A DNA stretch of 36,187 nt. It comes from Octopus bimaculoides. Its lineage: Eukaryota. Below are positions 9,289-20,010 of the stretch, piece by piece. Below the pieces are notes generated by a model. The model had not been told where the DNA came from, did no database searches, and saw only the letters and a program-made list of their open reading frames with translations. Made by a program: the position numbers and the translations under genes. Each line of letters begins with the position of its first letter. The stretch's first letter is position 1. The DNA lies in NCBI RefSeq assembly GCF_001194135.2, contig NC_069005.1:15752903-15789089 (forward strand), in the 5' to 3' direction.

Positions 9289-9692
9289 GATAGACTCTTC
9301 AAGCTGAGCTAACTAGTAGGAGACCAAGGGATAGACCAAAAAATGAGATGGTTGGATAATATAATATACATAGTCTCAGTTGGTCATGCTTAAGAATCCA
9401 ATGAGAAAGTTTAATAATGGTTTCTTCCAGTCAGACCTTATAAATGAGATGCTTGAGGCTTACACACAACCCTTCTAGGAAAAGTGGGCAGAGAAGAAGG
9501 CTGAATGGATTGATGCAATATAGATTGGACTTGTGTTTTAATTAGATCCAAGCTGTTTACAACTCCTTCGGGGGTGAGTAGGTGTCTAATGTTTTTTAAG
9601 ATTTTTTTATTTTCTTAAGGAATGCCTATACTTTTTATCTCAGTTTAAATTAGGCTACTTTTGTCCACCATATCATGAAGGGTAAAAGGTAA

Positions 9693-10026
9693 TGACCCCC
9701 TTTGGTCATTAACGATCATGGGATTGCACCTAGAAAGTTACCCTCTGAGGTACAAGTCCAGCCAAAGTTGTTTATGGAAGACCAGCAGTTGCCCATGCAT
9801 ACCAGCCTCTCCCCTCTCCACGCCACTGATGTTATCCAAGGGAAAGGCAAAGGCCGATACAGCTTGGCACCAGTGATGTCATAACTTATTTCTACAGCTG
9901 AGTAAACTGGAGCAACAGGAAATAAAATGTCCTGCTCAAGAACACAACACAGCCTGGTCCAGGAATTGAACTCACTACCTCATGATTGTGAGCTAACACT
10001 CTAACCACTGAGCCATTCACCTTCAC
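9693..10026 (-). mobile_element. SINE family C, full length
   Basis: Reverse complement of the reconstructed 3157-3925 copy. Confidence 0.85.
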
Positions 10027-10154
10027 ACTATACCACAGGTAGTGCATTTTAGGGTATGCCAAAGTTCCATGAAAAAAGAAAAAACATTCTAGGCCTCTTT
10101 TCATAAAATCTAATTGAAATTCATTTTATAAAACAAATTTTATTTCCTATTTAA

Positions 10155-10369
10155 CTCTTCAGCATTAAGATCATCATGTCAAATGTAATGCCTACGGATT
10201 TACATTGTTTTGAATTAATCATGCATTACTCATAGCTATGAGGTTTTGATGATATGATTATTTTTAGAATGACATTGTGGGATAGGTATGAAAGGCTGAA
10301 TCTGGCTAGTTTGAACAAAAACAAGGTAGAGTATTTGGACCTAATATGGACAGTTTAAGTGCTAAAGGG
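10155..10369. mobile_element. piggyBac-type MITE (family H)
   Basis: TTAA TSD at 10151-54 and 10370-73; termini CTCTTCAGCATT / AGTGCTAAAGGG; matches 34345-34946 and 13001-13152. Confidence 0.75.
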
Positions 10370-11267
10370 TTAAACTATGTTATCTGTTGCTGTTGTCATT
10401 TTACCATATAAATAAAACAAGCTTTGTTCTGTTAATGTCATCTTAAAAATGGATCTTATGAGAGCTGTCTATAAAATATAGATATGGCTTCTGCAATTTT
10501 CAGAAAATCCCAAAATGGATTCAGAGAATTATATAATGCAGTTGGTTCCATGCCAAAATAAGTTTAGGAATCTCTGATTTATTTTACTGGCAGTGGATGA
10601 TTTGAGCCAGGGTTAAAAAACTTAAACTGTGACATGGGTTATAGCCAGCTAACTTTTCATATAAATGGTAATAAGAAAGATATGCAAGGACAGGGAGCAT
10701 GAGAGGGAGGAGGAAGAGAGAGATACTCAGAGAAAGAGAGGGATGAGAGAGGAATGGATGGATGGAGAGGGAAGGGAGGGGAGGGAGGGTCTGAGGTAGT
10801 TAGCTAAAGAAGAAATTGGATAACAAAAAATAGCAATCTAAAGCTGAGTTTTAAGGATTCTTAAATTTAGATTTAAAAATCTGAATAAGTATTTTAATGA
10901 TTAGTGTTGAGCATAAACAATTAACCTGATAACTGTTTTATTAAATTCTTGACAGAACTCATTAGTATTTGTTCATTTTTAGATGGACACATACAGACAG
11001 ATACATGTACACAGACACACACACACACAAGTATAACCTAGAACTGTTCTTAATAAAATGCTACACAAATATACATGTACTCTGTGTGTGTGTGCGGTAA
11101 TTAAAAATCAGGGAACGAATGGAGAGAGAGAGAGAGAAAGGACCAGGTGCTTTATTTCTTCTTGGATTGATTAGCTAATGCTAATTAATCTTCTACTTCA
11201 TTAATCTTATACTAGTTTCAGCCAGGAGTAGCAACCATGAAGGAGTACAGCTATCATTCCCTTACAT

Positions 11268-11577
11268 CAGGAGTTCTCAACTATCTTTTTGATCTGTGGA
11301 TCCCTTTGATAACCATTTTATTCTGGTGGACTCCCAGAGCCATTCGATGCTTAAAAACTACTTTCATAGAAACTTCTTTCAAAATTCTATTTTGTTTTTC
11401 ACACATTAACTTGTGTAGGTTGAATTATGTAAAAAGTTAGAGAAAGAAACTGAGCTGTTTCTTGCAATACATACATCTAAAGCAAATTTTTTTCAGGAAA
11501 CCTTAAAATTCTATTGTAGACCCCTAATTAACTCCAAAAATCTTACATAGACCCTCTGTTAAATTTTTCCCCCCCTA
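11268..11577. mobile_element. hAT-type MITE (family D), opposite orientation to the 8797 copy
   Basis: Starts CAGGAGTTCTCAAC; body is the reverse complement of 8797-9070. Confidence 0.7.
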
Positions 11578-11583
11578 GTTTTA

Positions 11584-11794
11584 TGAGGTAATGCTTAAAA
11601 GTTCCTGGCTTTGGACAAAAAAAAACACAGGAGGGTCAGTTAATTAGGATTTTATTCAACATATTCCCTTCTCAGACTCACTTATTGCAATGGTCCTTCA
11701 GTTTTTCTAAGCGCTGTAAAAGAACTCAGATGGTTGGGCTTCCAACCTGTCCTTTCGTGATATCCTTTAAGCCAGGAAGTTTTTAGCCCCCTTG
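11584..11794. mobile_element. Mariner-type MITE (family J)
   Basis: TIRs TGAGGTAATGCTTAAAAGTTCCTGGCTT / AAGCCAGGAAGTTTTTAGCCCCCTTG; TA on both flanks; second copy at 29352. Confidence 0.8.
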
Positions 11795-12072
11795 TACATC
11801 AGATGTGACCAATGTATAACTTTTAAGATTCTAAGAAAATATCAGAGCAAAGTATGGACTTGGATGAATATTCTCATCCAGACTACATATTCTGACACCA
11901 TGAAATGATTTTATTTACCAAATCTTCAGTTCATAATTTAAATAAAATGTAAGTTATAATAAAAGTCACTCAAAAATAGCATTTAGTAATAAATTTCTCA
12001 CATATTTATTAAGAGCAGCAATTTTTTTTTTATTCTATGAAGGTTTAAATAATTTATAATTGTATCCATTAA

Positions 12073-13509
12073 CTCTTTAGATACCAACCTGTCTGAAGCT
12101 ACCTCTGGCTCTCTGATACAAGCTTTAGTCTTCAAATTACTCTGATAAATGTAAGACTTATTTATTCATATTGTTCAAAATTAATCAAGCATTGAGTTAA
12201 TATTTATCCCCATTTAAATGTGGATGTTCTATTATAACAAACTATAATGCAGTAGATACCATGAGAGAAGCTCTCACATTGGCTTTTGGTCCATATAAGC
12301 ACTCTTGTTTATATCACTAGTGGGGAGATAAATCACCACCCATCTCCAGTGCTGAGACCACCTGATCACATGATTGCAATCTTCCTTGGTCTCGTTCATG
12401 ATGGATGCTCAACTGCTAGAGGTAGGTAGCAGCAACTCATCTCCCTGCTAAAAGTACATAGAAAAACAGTGCCAGAACAGGCCTTGGTGTCATGATTAGC
12501 CAATTAGAAGATATACATTAGCGACAGAGGCAGTATTCATATCAAGAGGTAATATTTATCCCCACTTAAACATGGATGTTCTATTAGAACAAACTATACT
12601 ACAGTAGATACAATGAGAAACTCTGATATTGGTTTTTGGTGTTAAATGCACGCTAGGAGGGAGATAAATTCCTGCCATCTCCAGTGCTGAGACCACTAGA
12701 TGATTTGATTTTGACCTTACTTAGCCTTTTCAATGATGGACGCTTGACCGCTAGAGATAGCAGCAACTCATCTCCCCACTTGCAATATATTGGAAAACAG
12801 TGCCAGAACAGGCACTGGTGTTACGATTAACCAGTGATCTTGTTAAAAGATATATATTAGCGACAGAGGCAATATTAATTCTGTGAAGTAATATGAATCC
12901 CCACTTAAACATGGATGTTCTGTTGGAATAAACTACATTGTGGTAGATACCATGTGAGGAACCCTTATACTTACTTTTGGTGCAAATGCACTCTTGTCAA
13001 TGTATTGTCTCATAGCTTTGAGATTATAATGATGTTATTGTCTATTTTTAAAATGGCAATGAAGGGTAGATGTGACAGAGTACATCTGGCTAGTTTGAAC
13101 ATGAAATAGATAAAATATTGGGCCGGACATGGCCAGTTTAAATGCGAAAAGGTTAAAGTGATCTAAATTTAAAATTTCCATCGAAATTTTTATATAAATT
13201 TAAGTCTCAAAACCCAGCTTAGTCCCTTTACTGCAGAAATCAGATATAGCCACTCAAAATTTTATTACCCTTAAATGTAGAAAGTAGTTTTATATATCAA
13301 TCTATCTTCTGTTGAGGAATGTCATGTTTGAAACAGCATGACTTTCAGAAAATACCAATTCTACTTTTGATAAATATTTAACATCATTATTAGAATAACC
13401 GTGAAAATTAATTCTGTAGTTACAGGGTTAATGAAGACAAAGTTATTTTAATAAATTCATTAATTCAAACATGCAATGTATTTCAACAGGAATATGGTAA
13501 CAGAAAGGG
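12073..13509. mobile_element. piggyBac-type MITE (family I) containing a nested family H MITE and a tandem array
   Basis: TTAA at 12069-72 and 13510-13; left end CTCTTTAGATACCAACC, right end GGTAACAGAAAGGG; family I resumes at 13157 (AGTGATCTAAATT) after the TTAA that closes family H. Confidence 0.65.
12198..13000. repeat. Tandem array of a ~340-350-bp unit (about 2.3 copies) with HINE-like internal termini
   Basis: Units start at 12198, 12550 and 12889 (TAATATTTATCCCCA.TTAAA..TGGATGTTCT); shared ACAGTGCCAGAACAGGC and CATTAGCGACAGAGGCA motifs. Confidence 0.9.
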
Positions 13510-13734
13510 TTAAGATAGCTATGTGTACTGGAGTAAATATATAACTTTCAAAAGGAAAACCTGAAGAATAATCATTCTGTTGATTTTGGGAACTTTTTAT
13601 CAGTTTCCTAAAGAAGAGTATAGAAAGCAGGGGAAACGTAAAATTCAACTCTAAATTCATTAAATTAGATAAGGAATAGTAAATCTGTTCAAGGGAGATA
13701 ACTCTAAAAGACTCCAAGCAGAGTAGTGTTTTAC

Positions 13735-14230
13735 AACTGGATGGCGAGCTTTTATAAAAAGTTTGCACACGAACGCAAATATAGTTAACGCTACACATCA
13801 ACTAAAATTACACACACACACACACCGTTTTTATCTGTAGAACTCGTTAAGTGAATAAAGCTATTGATGTGCATCTGAGCCCCGTATACAATAAGTTCAT
13901 TACACATTATATACCTATTAAATATAAAAGGGTTTTTAAGCTGATTTCAGTATTTATATGCTATAAAATAAAGCTTTATCTATTTCAAGTGCTACTGTTA
14001 AAAACAATTTATTTCACATTTTCTGGAAGTTTCTAAATCATGACATAAACAACGCGCGCGCGCGCATATGCACGCACACAAAATGGGAGACTACGTGTGT
14101 AGACTCGTAAACAATAGTTTGAATAATAATAATGAAAAAGTTTTAAAAGGAAACAGCTGAAGTTATAGGACGTTGTGGGTGAGTGTTTTTGACAGCTAGT
14201 CTATTCTATTATCGCAGTTTTCAGTTAATA
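13735..14230. promoter_or_regulatory. CpG-enriched, TE-free promoter-like patch with a candidate first-exon donor
   Basis: Many CpGs in an otherwise CpG-poor window; (CG)6 at 14053-14064; consensus donor TGG|GTGAGT at 14178/14179. Confidence 0.4.
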
Positions 14231-14515
14231 TCTATTTTACTATGCTGATGTAAAGAAACAAAAAGTTTTCTCCTTCCACATCAGTCACTTTTCTGAATGT
14301 TTATAAAGATGTAATAATTCCTTTTTATAGCACAGAAATGTTAATCTAGATACAGATATAACACTGAATTTTCAGACACTGAGGGTCCAGAACCTCTTAC
14401 AATCTGTATTAAGCAGAAGCAAGGTGGAACTTAATATTCTTGCTGCTGTCAGGCTAATTTACCAATACTTTAAACAGATTAGTAACTTGCACAGTACAAG
14501 ATCAATAAACTTTTA

Positions 14516-14835
14516 CCGGTGACATGTAAAAGGTACTGGTGCCAGTGACACATGAAAGGCACCTGTGCCAGTGAAACGTGAAAGACTCCATGCTAGTGTC
14601 ATTTTAAAAGGTCCCCATGCTGGTGACATGTAAAAGGCACCCATGTCAGTGAAACATAAAAACCTCCAGTATGCTTTGTGGAGTGTTTGGCATTAGGAAG
14701 GGCATCTAGCCATAGAAACTAAGCCAAAACAGACTGGAACCTGGTGAAGCTCTCTGGCTTGCCAGTTCCAGTCAAACTGTCCAACCCATGCCAGCTTGGA
14801 AAACAGGCGTTAAATGATGATAATGATCATTATGA
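14516..14835 (+). mobile_element. SINE family B with a 5' minisatellite (six ~25-27-bp units)
   Basis: GCC(A/G)GTGACA(C/T)GT(A/G)AAAGGCACC-type units at 14516-14670, then the standard B tail. Confidence 0.8.
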
Positions 14836-14852
14836 TGAAATATCATTTATAC

Positions 14853-15170
14853 CAGTGGTTCCCAATCATTTTTCTTCATCTATGGACCCTTTTGATTGCT
14901 GCTTTATTCTGGTGAACTGCCATAACTACTTGTTATTTAAAAATTAGTTTTAACCATTTCTTTCAAAATTTCTATTTTGTTTTACAGACATTAACTTGTG
15001 TAGGTTGAACTATGTTAAATGCTAAAGAAAGAAATTTTAGCCGTTTATTGCAAAAAAAAATTATGTGAAACAAATTTTTTTCATGGATTTTTAATACACT
15101 ATGTGGGTCCCCAATTTAATATTTTTCTTGCATGGAGCCCTGCCCCCAACTCTTATATGGACTCTGGTCT
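14853..15170. mobile_element. hAT-type MITE (family D)
   Basis: Starts CAGTGGTTCCCAATC; colinear with 11268-11577. Confidence 0.7.
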
Positions 15171-15248
15171 AGTGTAATATAGTGCTGTGAAGGCACTGGG
15201 TTTAGTAGGAGAGGGTGTTGATTATACTATCTGTTCATTAGTGTGAAT

Positions 15249-15400
15249 CAGTGGTTCTCAGTTGTGGTCTACATGATTCCCCCCCCCCCCACACACACCC
15301 GAGGGTCCATTTAAGAATTTGGGGGGTTCACGCAAATAAAAGATTAGAGATCCACAGTAGTACGTTTCAATTAGAAAGTCCTAAAAAATGGTGAGAAGCT
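15249..15400. mobile_element. Short hAT-type MITE
   Basis: CAGTGGTTCTCAG ... GGTGAGAAGCTAC degenerate TIRs; GGGTCC motifs as in family D. Confidence 0.5.
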
Positions 15401-15432
15401 ACATAGTGTAAGAGACTATGAAGAAGGAGAAA

Positions 15433-15565
15433 TTAAGATGAAAAGAATGAATTTACTTTAGACTTGAAAGAGTTCAGATCATAAGGAGGAAAACAATGAG
15501 ATGGAAGAGAGTTCCAAAGTCTGGCAGTTCAAAGAAAAAAACAGTTACGACCGTAGAAGGCTTCC
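15433..15565 (-). pseudogene. C-terminus of a CR1/Jockey-group LINE ORF2
   Basis: RNCFFL*TARLWNSLPSHCFPPYDLNSFKSKVNSFFSS*: the SFFPRT..LWNSLP...FKS terminal motif of this LINE group. Confidence 0.7.
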
Positions 15566-15644
15566 TTATTCCTTGGTAAGGGCCTGAAAGTCAGAGGTTC
15601 TGGAAAATCCATGTTGTACTAGTATAACTTTTCTCAGAGAGAGA

Positions 15645-15676
<32 letters not shown>

Positions 15677-16070
15677 GTGGGCAAGCAGTGTTAGGCTTTT
15701 GTGTCTGACAAATCTAACAAGGGAAATAACTCATGTAGCTACAAACATTTGATTCCTGAATTACATTAGATTTAATATAATTTTATGACCCTGGTTATTT
15801 GTAGAAATTACGTAGCAAAATAAGAGGAAAGAAAAAGCTCTAAGTGTTTAAGGTTCAAATTATCAAGGAGATAAAATTATACGGCTTTAATATACATCAG
15901 TAAACTCCTGAGATTAAAGTGGAGTTCCTGGTTTTAAAAAATAAATAAAATTTAATATCTTAAATAGTTCTTTTAGTTGAAATCCACATTCAACTTTTAA
16001 TTACTGAGAAGTAAATATTTAGAGAATTCAGAGAAAAAGAGAGACAAAGCAATAAAAGCATGCATTGCGC

Positions 16071-16101
<31 letters not shown>

Positions 16102-16214
16102 GGGGAGAGAGAGAAAGATTGAGAGAGAGGTAAGACTGAGAGAGGGAGAGAGAAGGAGACTGCTAATCCAAAAAGAAGCCTCTATGAGTCAAGAAGGGAA
16201 CCTGTATGATGAGT

Positions 16215-16436
16215 CAACAAGGAGGTTTCTACGTAGTCATTGTATCTGCTAGAAATAGCAGCTAGGTTTCCTATAAATCTCATTTACTCTTTGAAACAAG
16301 CTGATAATTATAAGCAGTATATTGGATGATGCAGTAGTTAAGTATACAATGCATGAATAAAAGATAAGATGGACCTAGCAAATACAGCGTTTGGAGACAA
16401 GACTGACCAGGGGTTAAACAACAACACCACCAACAA
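16215..16436 (+). mobile_element. SINE-like family G
   Basis: ATCTGCTAGAAATAGCAGC...GACTGACCAGGGGTTAAACAACAAC. Confidence 0.6.
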
Positions 16437-16599
16437 CATTATACTGAGTGAATAATACCTTTTGCCTTCTTCATTAAGGTCAGAATTACTAAGAAAGTAC
16501 TACTTTTAGGAGTTACTTTTCAATTAGTACAAATTTCAGTTTCTCTGAATTACTAATTCAACAATTAGTATTATTACTCATCATTTTAAAAAGCAGTGT

Positions 16600-16790
16600 T
16601 AAAATGGACAAAATGCATGGCAGCATTTGTTGTGGATCTTTACAATCCAAGTTCTAATCCTTAGAGTTTCAGCCATCTAGGGTCAATAAAATAAGGTACC
16701 AATCAAATACTGGGGTTGATATAATTGACTAATCCCTACCTCCTCCAAAATTACTGGCCTTGAACCCAACTGAGAAACTAATTATTGCAA
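16600..16790 (+). mobile_element. Degenerate SINE family E
   Basis: GGGTCAATAAAATAAGGTACC...GGGGTTGATATAATTGAC...AAAATTACTGGCCTTG. Confidence 0.6.
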
Positions 16791-16841
16791 ATTATTTTGT
16801 ATAAATTTCTATTGACTATGTAAGAATGATTAAAACCTGTT

Positions 16842-17012
16842 CTTCAAATTTTGGCACAAGGCCAGCAATTTTGCAGGAAGTGGGTAAATCGACCCCAGTG
16901 TTCAACTGGAACTTATTTTATCGATCCCAATATTTGAACTTAGAATGTAGAGACAGATGAAATGCTGCTAAGCGTTTTGCCCGGTGTACTAAAGATTTGG
17001 TCAGCTTGCTAC
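16842..17012 (-). mobile_element. SINE family E with an internal deletion
   Basis: TTCAAATTTTGGCACAAGGCC...ATCGACCCCAG...TTTGAACTTAGAATGTA is the reverse complement of E. Confidence 0.75.
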
Positions 17013-19261
17013 TTTAAAAACAAAAAAGAAAAAAGTAAAAAAAGAAAAAAAGAAGAAAAAAGGAAAAAAAGAAATTAAAAAACTTTTCTTAATATTACTG
17101 ACAAGAAATTTACTTTAGAAATATATCTGTTTGCTTTTTAATAAAAATCGGTAAAATGAAAGAAAAAAGAAATTTTAAACATCTTTATCCAAATAACATT
17201 TTGCATTTTACAGAATCTGTCCAGCATCGTTAGAAAGACATAACTAATGATACCTTGAAGGAAATTAAATCCTGTTTAGCAGCTTACTCTTAAATCAAAC
17301 TAAACATATATTGAAGAAACTTTGCATGGATATTCCATATTTATATTCCAGAATCTATCAATTATTTATTTATTTACTTATTTTGGCTAAAATAAATCAA
17401 TAGCAAGTACTAGAATAAAGCCCATTCAAAAGTTGACAAATATTATTTTAGAAAAAAGAATTATTGCAACAGAGAAACTGTAATCTTTTTTCCCATTTGT
17501 TGACTACAAAATGTTTGCTTTTCTCCTCCTTTTTTTTTTTTTTTTTCTCTCTAAGCAGGTTTATTATTTTTCTCTTTCTTTCTTACATTTTCTTTTAGCC
17601 TACATTTCGAAGAGGAATCAATTTTCAAACAAACATAGACACATATACATTCACACGCAAACATATACAAAACTATTGTGAGAGAGGTGGGAGGGTTAGT
17701 GTAGGAGGAGCAGGAGGAAGAAGAAGAAGAAAAGAAGAATTAAAGAAACAATATTAATGTGAGACAGAAAACAAAACAATCATGCAGTTTGAGATAAGAT
17801 TTTTTAAATATATAATAAAGGGGGAGGGGGTAAAAAAAATCCAGCTGAAGTATAAAACCTAAATCTATCTATTAAGCAGTATTAATAGTAATTCCAATAA
17901 TATTTATAGGATCAGTGAAAGAACATTATCTGTTTGTTTATTCATACTTTGCCTGCTAAGCCACAAATCTATCTGAGGGATCAGTTGACAACAACAACAA
18001 AAAATAGGAAAAGAAAGCTACTTCTGGTACACTTTTCAAAGAGAGAAGTTATTTGTTTTTTGTTGTTTTCTTAAAATTTATTAATTTTATTCTGTTTATA
18101 TACATATTTGTGTGTGTATGTGTGTTTGTAGTGAGAGAGTAACATAAGCTATATATCACTAACAGAGAAATAATAGTGACTGATAAATTTTATCTTTAAA
18201 ACTTATTTTCTTCTAAAGCATCAAGCCCACATAACAGCATTTATAATATTATCAATATCAATAATGAAAATAGCATTAAAAATAATAATAATAATAATAA
18301 TTATAACAATGATGATGATGATAATACTATTAGTATCATTATTGTTGTTGTTATTTTCAGAATATATACACAAACTGGAAATAAGATAACTGGCAGAAAT
18401 TAGAAAGGAAACTGCCGGAATAGATACCTTCTGAACAGCTAAAACCAAAAGAGAATGTACAGGGGAAACTTTTATGCCATCTCATACTGCGGACTTTGAA
18501 ATAAGTTAATCTTGTCCCAAAAAACTCAGTCAAAAAAAAGTACGGTAGACTTAATGCACTAACATTTTGAAATATCAGATTCCCTTTCCTTGTTTTTTGC
18601 TTTCTTTTTTCCAAGTTTTCTTTTTCTTTTCCTTTTTGTCTTTGTTTTCAAAAATGTTTAAATGTCATTTATATTGGATAATGTGCAAGAAATTATAATG
18701 AGAAGCAAAATGAATGAAAAGCTAAGAGAAACAAGCATAAACAAAAAAACTGAGAGGGTAAAGAAGGAAAAATATTAAAAGTTAAAAAAGGCAAAAGTTA
18801 TGGTGTGTGCCGTGCCATGAATGAAGTGAGAAGAATGAATGAAAGAGTGAATGAATGAATTAATGAATGAATCAATTAATGAATCAATCAATTAAGGAAA
18901 ATGAAGGAATGAAACTGCCACTGGTCAGTAGGTGGTTGGTTGGTTGGTTGGTTGGTAGCATTGTTGGCTCTCTATGATAGATAGCAGAAGAACGAAGAAC
19001 TGTTGAATGAAATCAACGAACGAAAGAGAGATTGCTCGAATGAAGTAACCAAAGTCAGCTCCAGCAGATAAAACTGAATATTGACAGCATGTGACAGCTA
19101 CCGATTCCGAAAACAATAATGACAAGTGGATAGACGGCAAACCAGCCAGCCAGTTGGTCAACCAGTCAGATAGAATGAGAGAGACAGAGAGAGAGAGAGA
19201 GAATGGCTAATGTAGCTAATAAAAACATGCAAACATACACCGATACACATAAAACATATAC

Positions 19262-19290
19262 ATGAATGTATGTATGTGTGTGTGTGTATG

Positions 19291-19343
<53 letters not shown>

Positions 19344-19630
19344 NNNNNNNNNNNNNNNNNNNNNNNNNNNNNNNNNNNNNNNNNNNNNNNNNNNNNNNNN
19401 NNNNNNNNNNNNNNNNNNNNNNNNNNNNNNNNNNNNNNNNNNNNNNNNNNNNNNNNNNNNNNNNNNNNNNNNNNNNNNNNNNNNNNNNNNNNNNNNNNNN
19501 NNNNNNNNNNNNNNNNNNNNNNNNNNNNNNNNNNNNNNNNNNNNNNNNNNNNNNNNNNNNNNNNNNNNNNNNNNTGTATATATATATATAATCATCATCA
19601 TTTAGTACAGACAATAAATGACGATGATGA

Positions 19631-19670
<40 letters not shown>
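19262..19670. repeat. (TA)n/(TG)n microsatellites around an assembly gap (N 19344-19573)
   Basis: Direct inspection. Confidence 0.95.
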
Positions 19671-19671
<1 letters not shown>

Positions 19672-19830
19672 CAGAACTTTTTTTTTGCTACAAAACCTAA
19701 TGACGGGGAAAGTTACTAAAAAGAAGGAAGACAAACAGACAGTCTAAGTTTGGAACCTGATAATTGTAATTCAGTTTTACACATGATTTCTTTAGTTGAA
19801 ATTACTTTTCTATTATCATATCTTCTGCAT

Positions 19831-20010
19831 AAGGCAGTGAGCTGTCAGAACTGTTAACACACTGGGCAGAATGCTTAGCAGCATTCCATCTCTCTTTACA
19901 TTCTAAGTTTAAATTTTGCCCAAGTCAACTATACATTTCATCCTTTTTGGAGTTGAACATTGAGATCAATGTAACCAACTTTCACCCTCCCACCACAAAT
20001 TTCAGGATTA
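19831..20010 (+). mobile_element. SINE family E
   Basis: AGGCAGTGAGCTGTCAGAA...TTTCATCCTTTTTGG...AAATTTCAGG. Confidence 0.75.

Larger units (their letters stand above)
8690..9520 (+). pseudogene. 3' end of a decayed RTE-clade LINE, interrupted by an hAT MITE
   Basis: EVMLLNRVHNSKIS*SHQVELLLL (8699-8770), then LQAELTSRRPRDRPK/MRWLDNI...LSWSCLRI...NPSRKS after 9289: the RTE C-terminal RPRGRP..RWLD signature. Confidence 0.65.

Noticed and set aside
14516-14670. CRISPR-like appearance of short repeat arrays (also 35453-35560)
   Set aside because: Head-to-tail repeats without unique spacers, inside eukaryotic SINEs, with no cas genes.
19158-19734. Long ORFs around N-gaps (also 22094-22612 and 32480-32953)
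   Set aside because: They consist of X and dinucleotide-repeat translation (YIYI, VCVC); artefacts.
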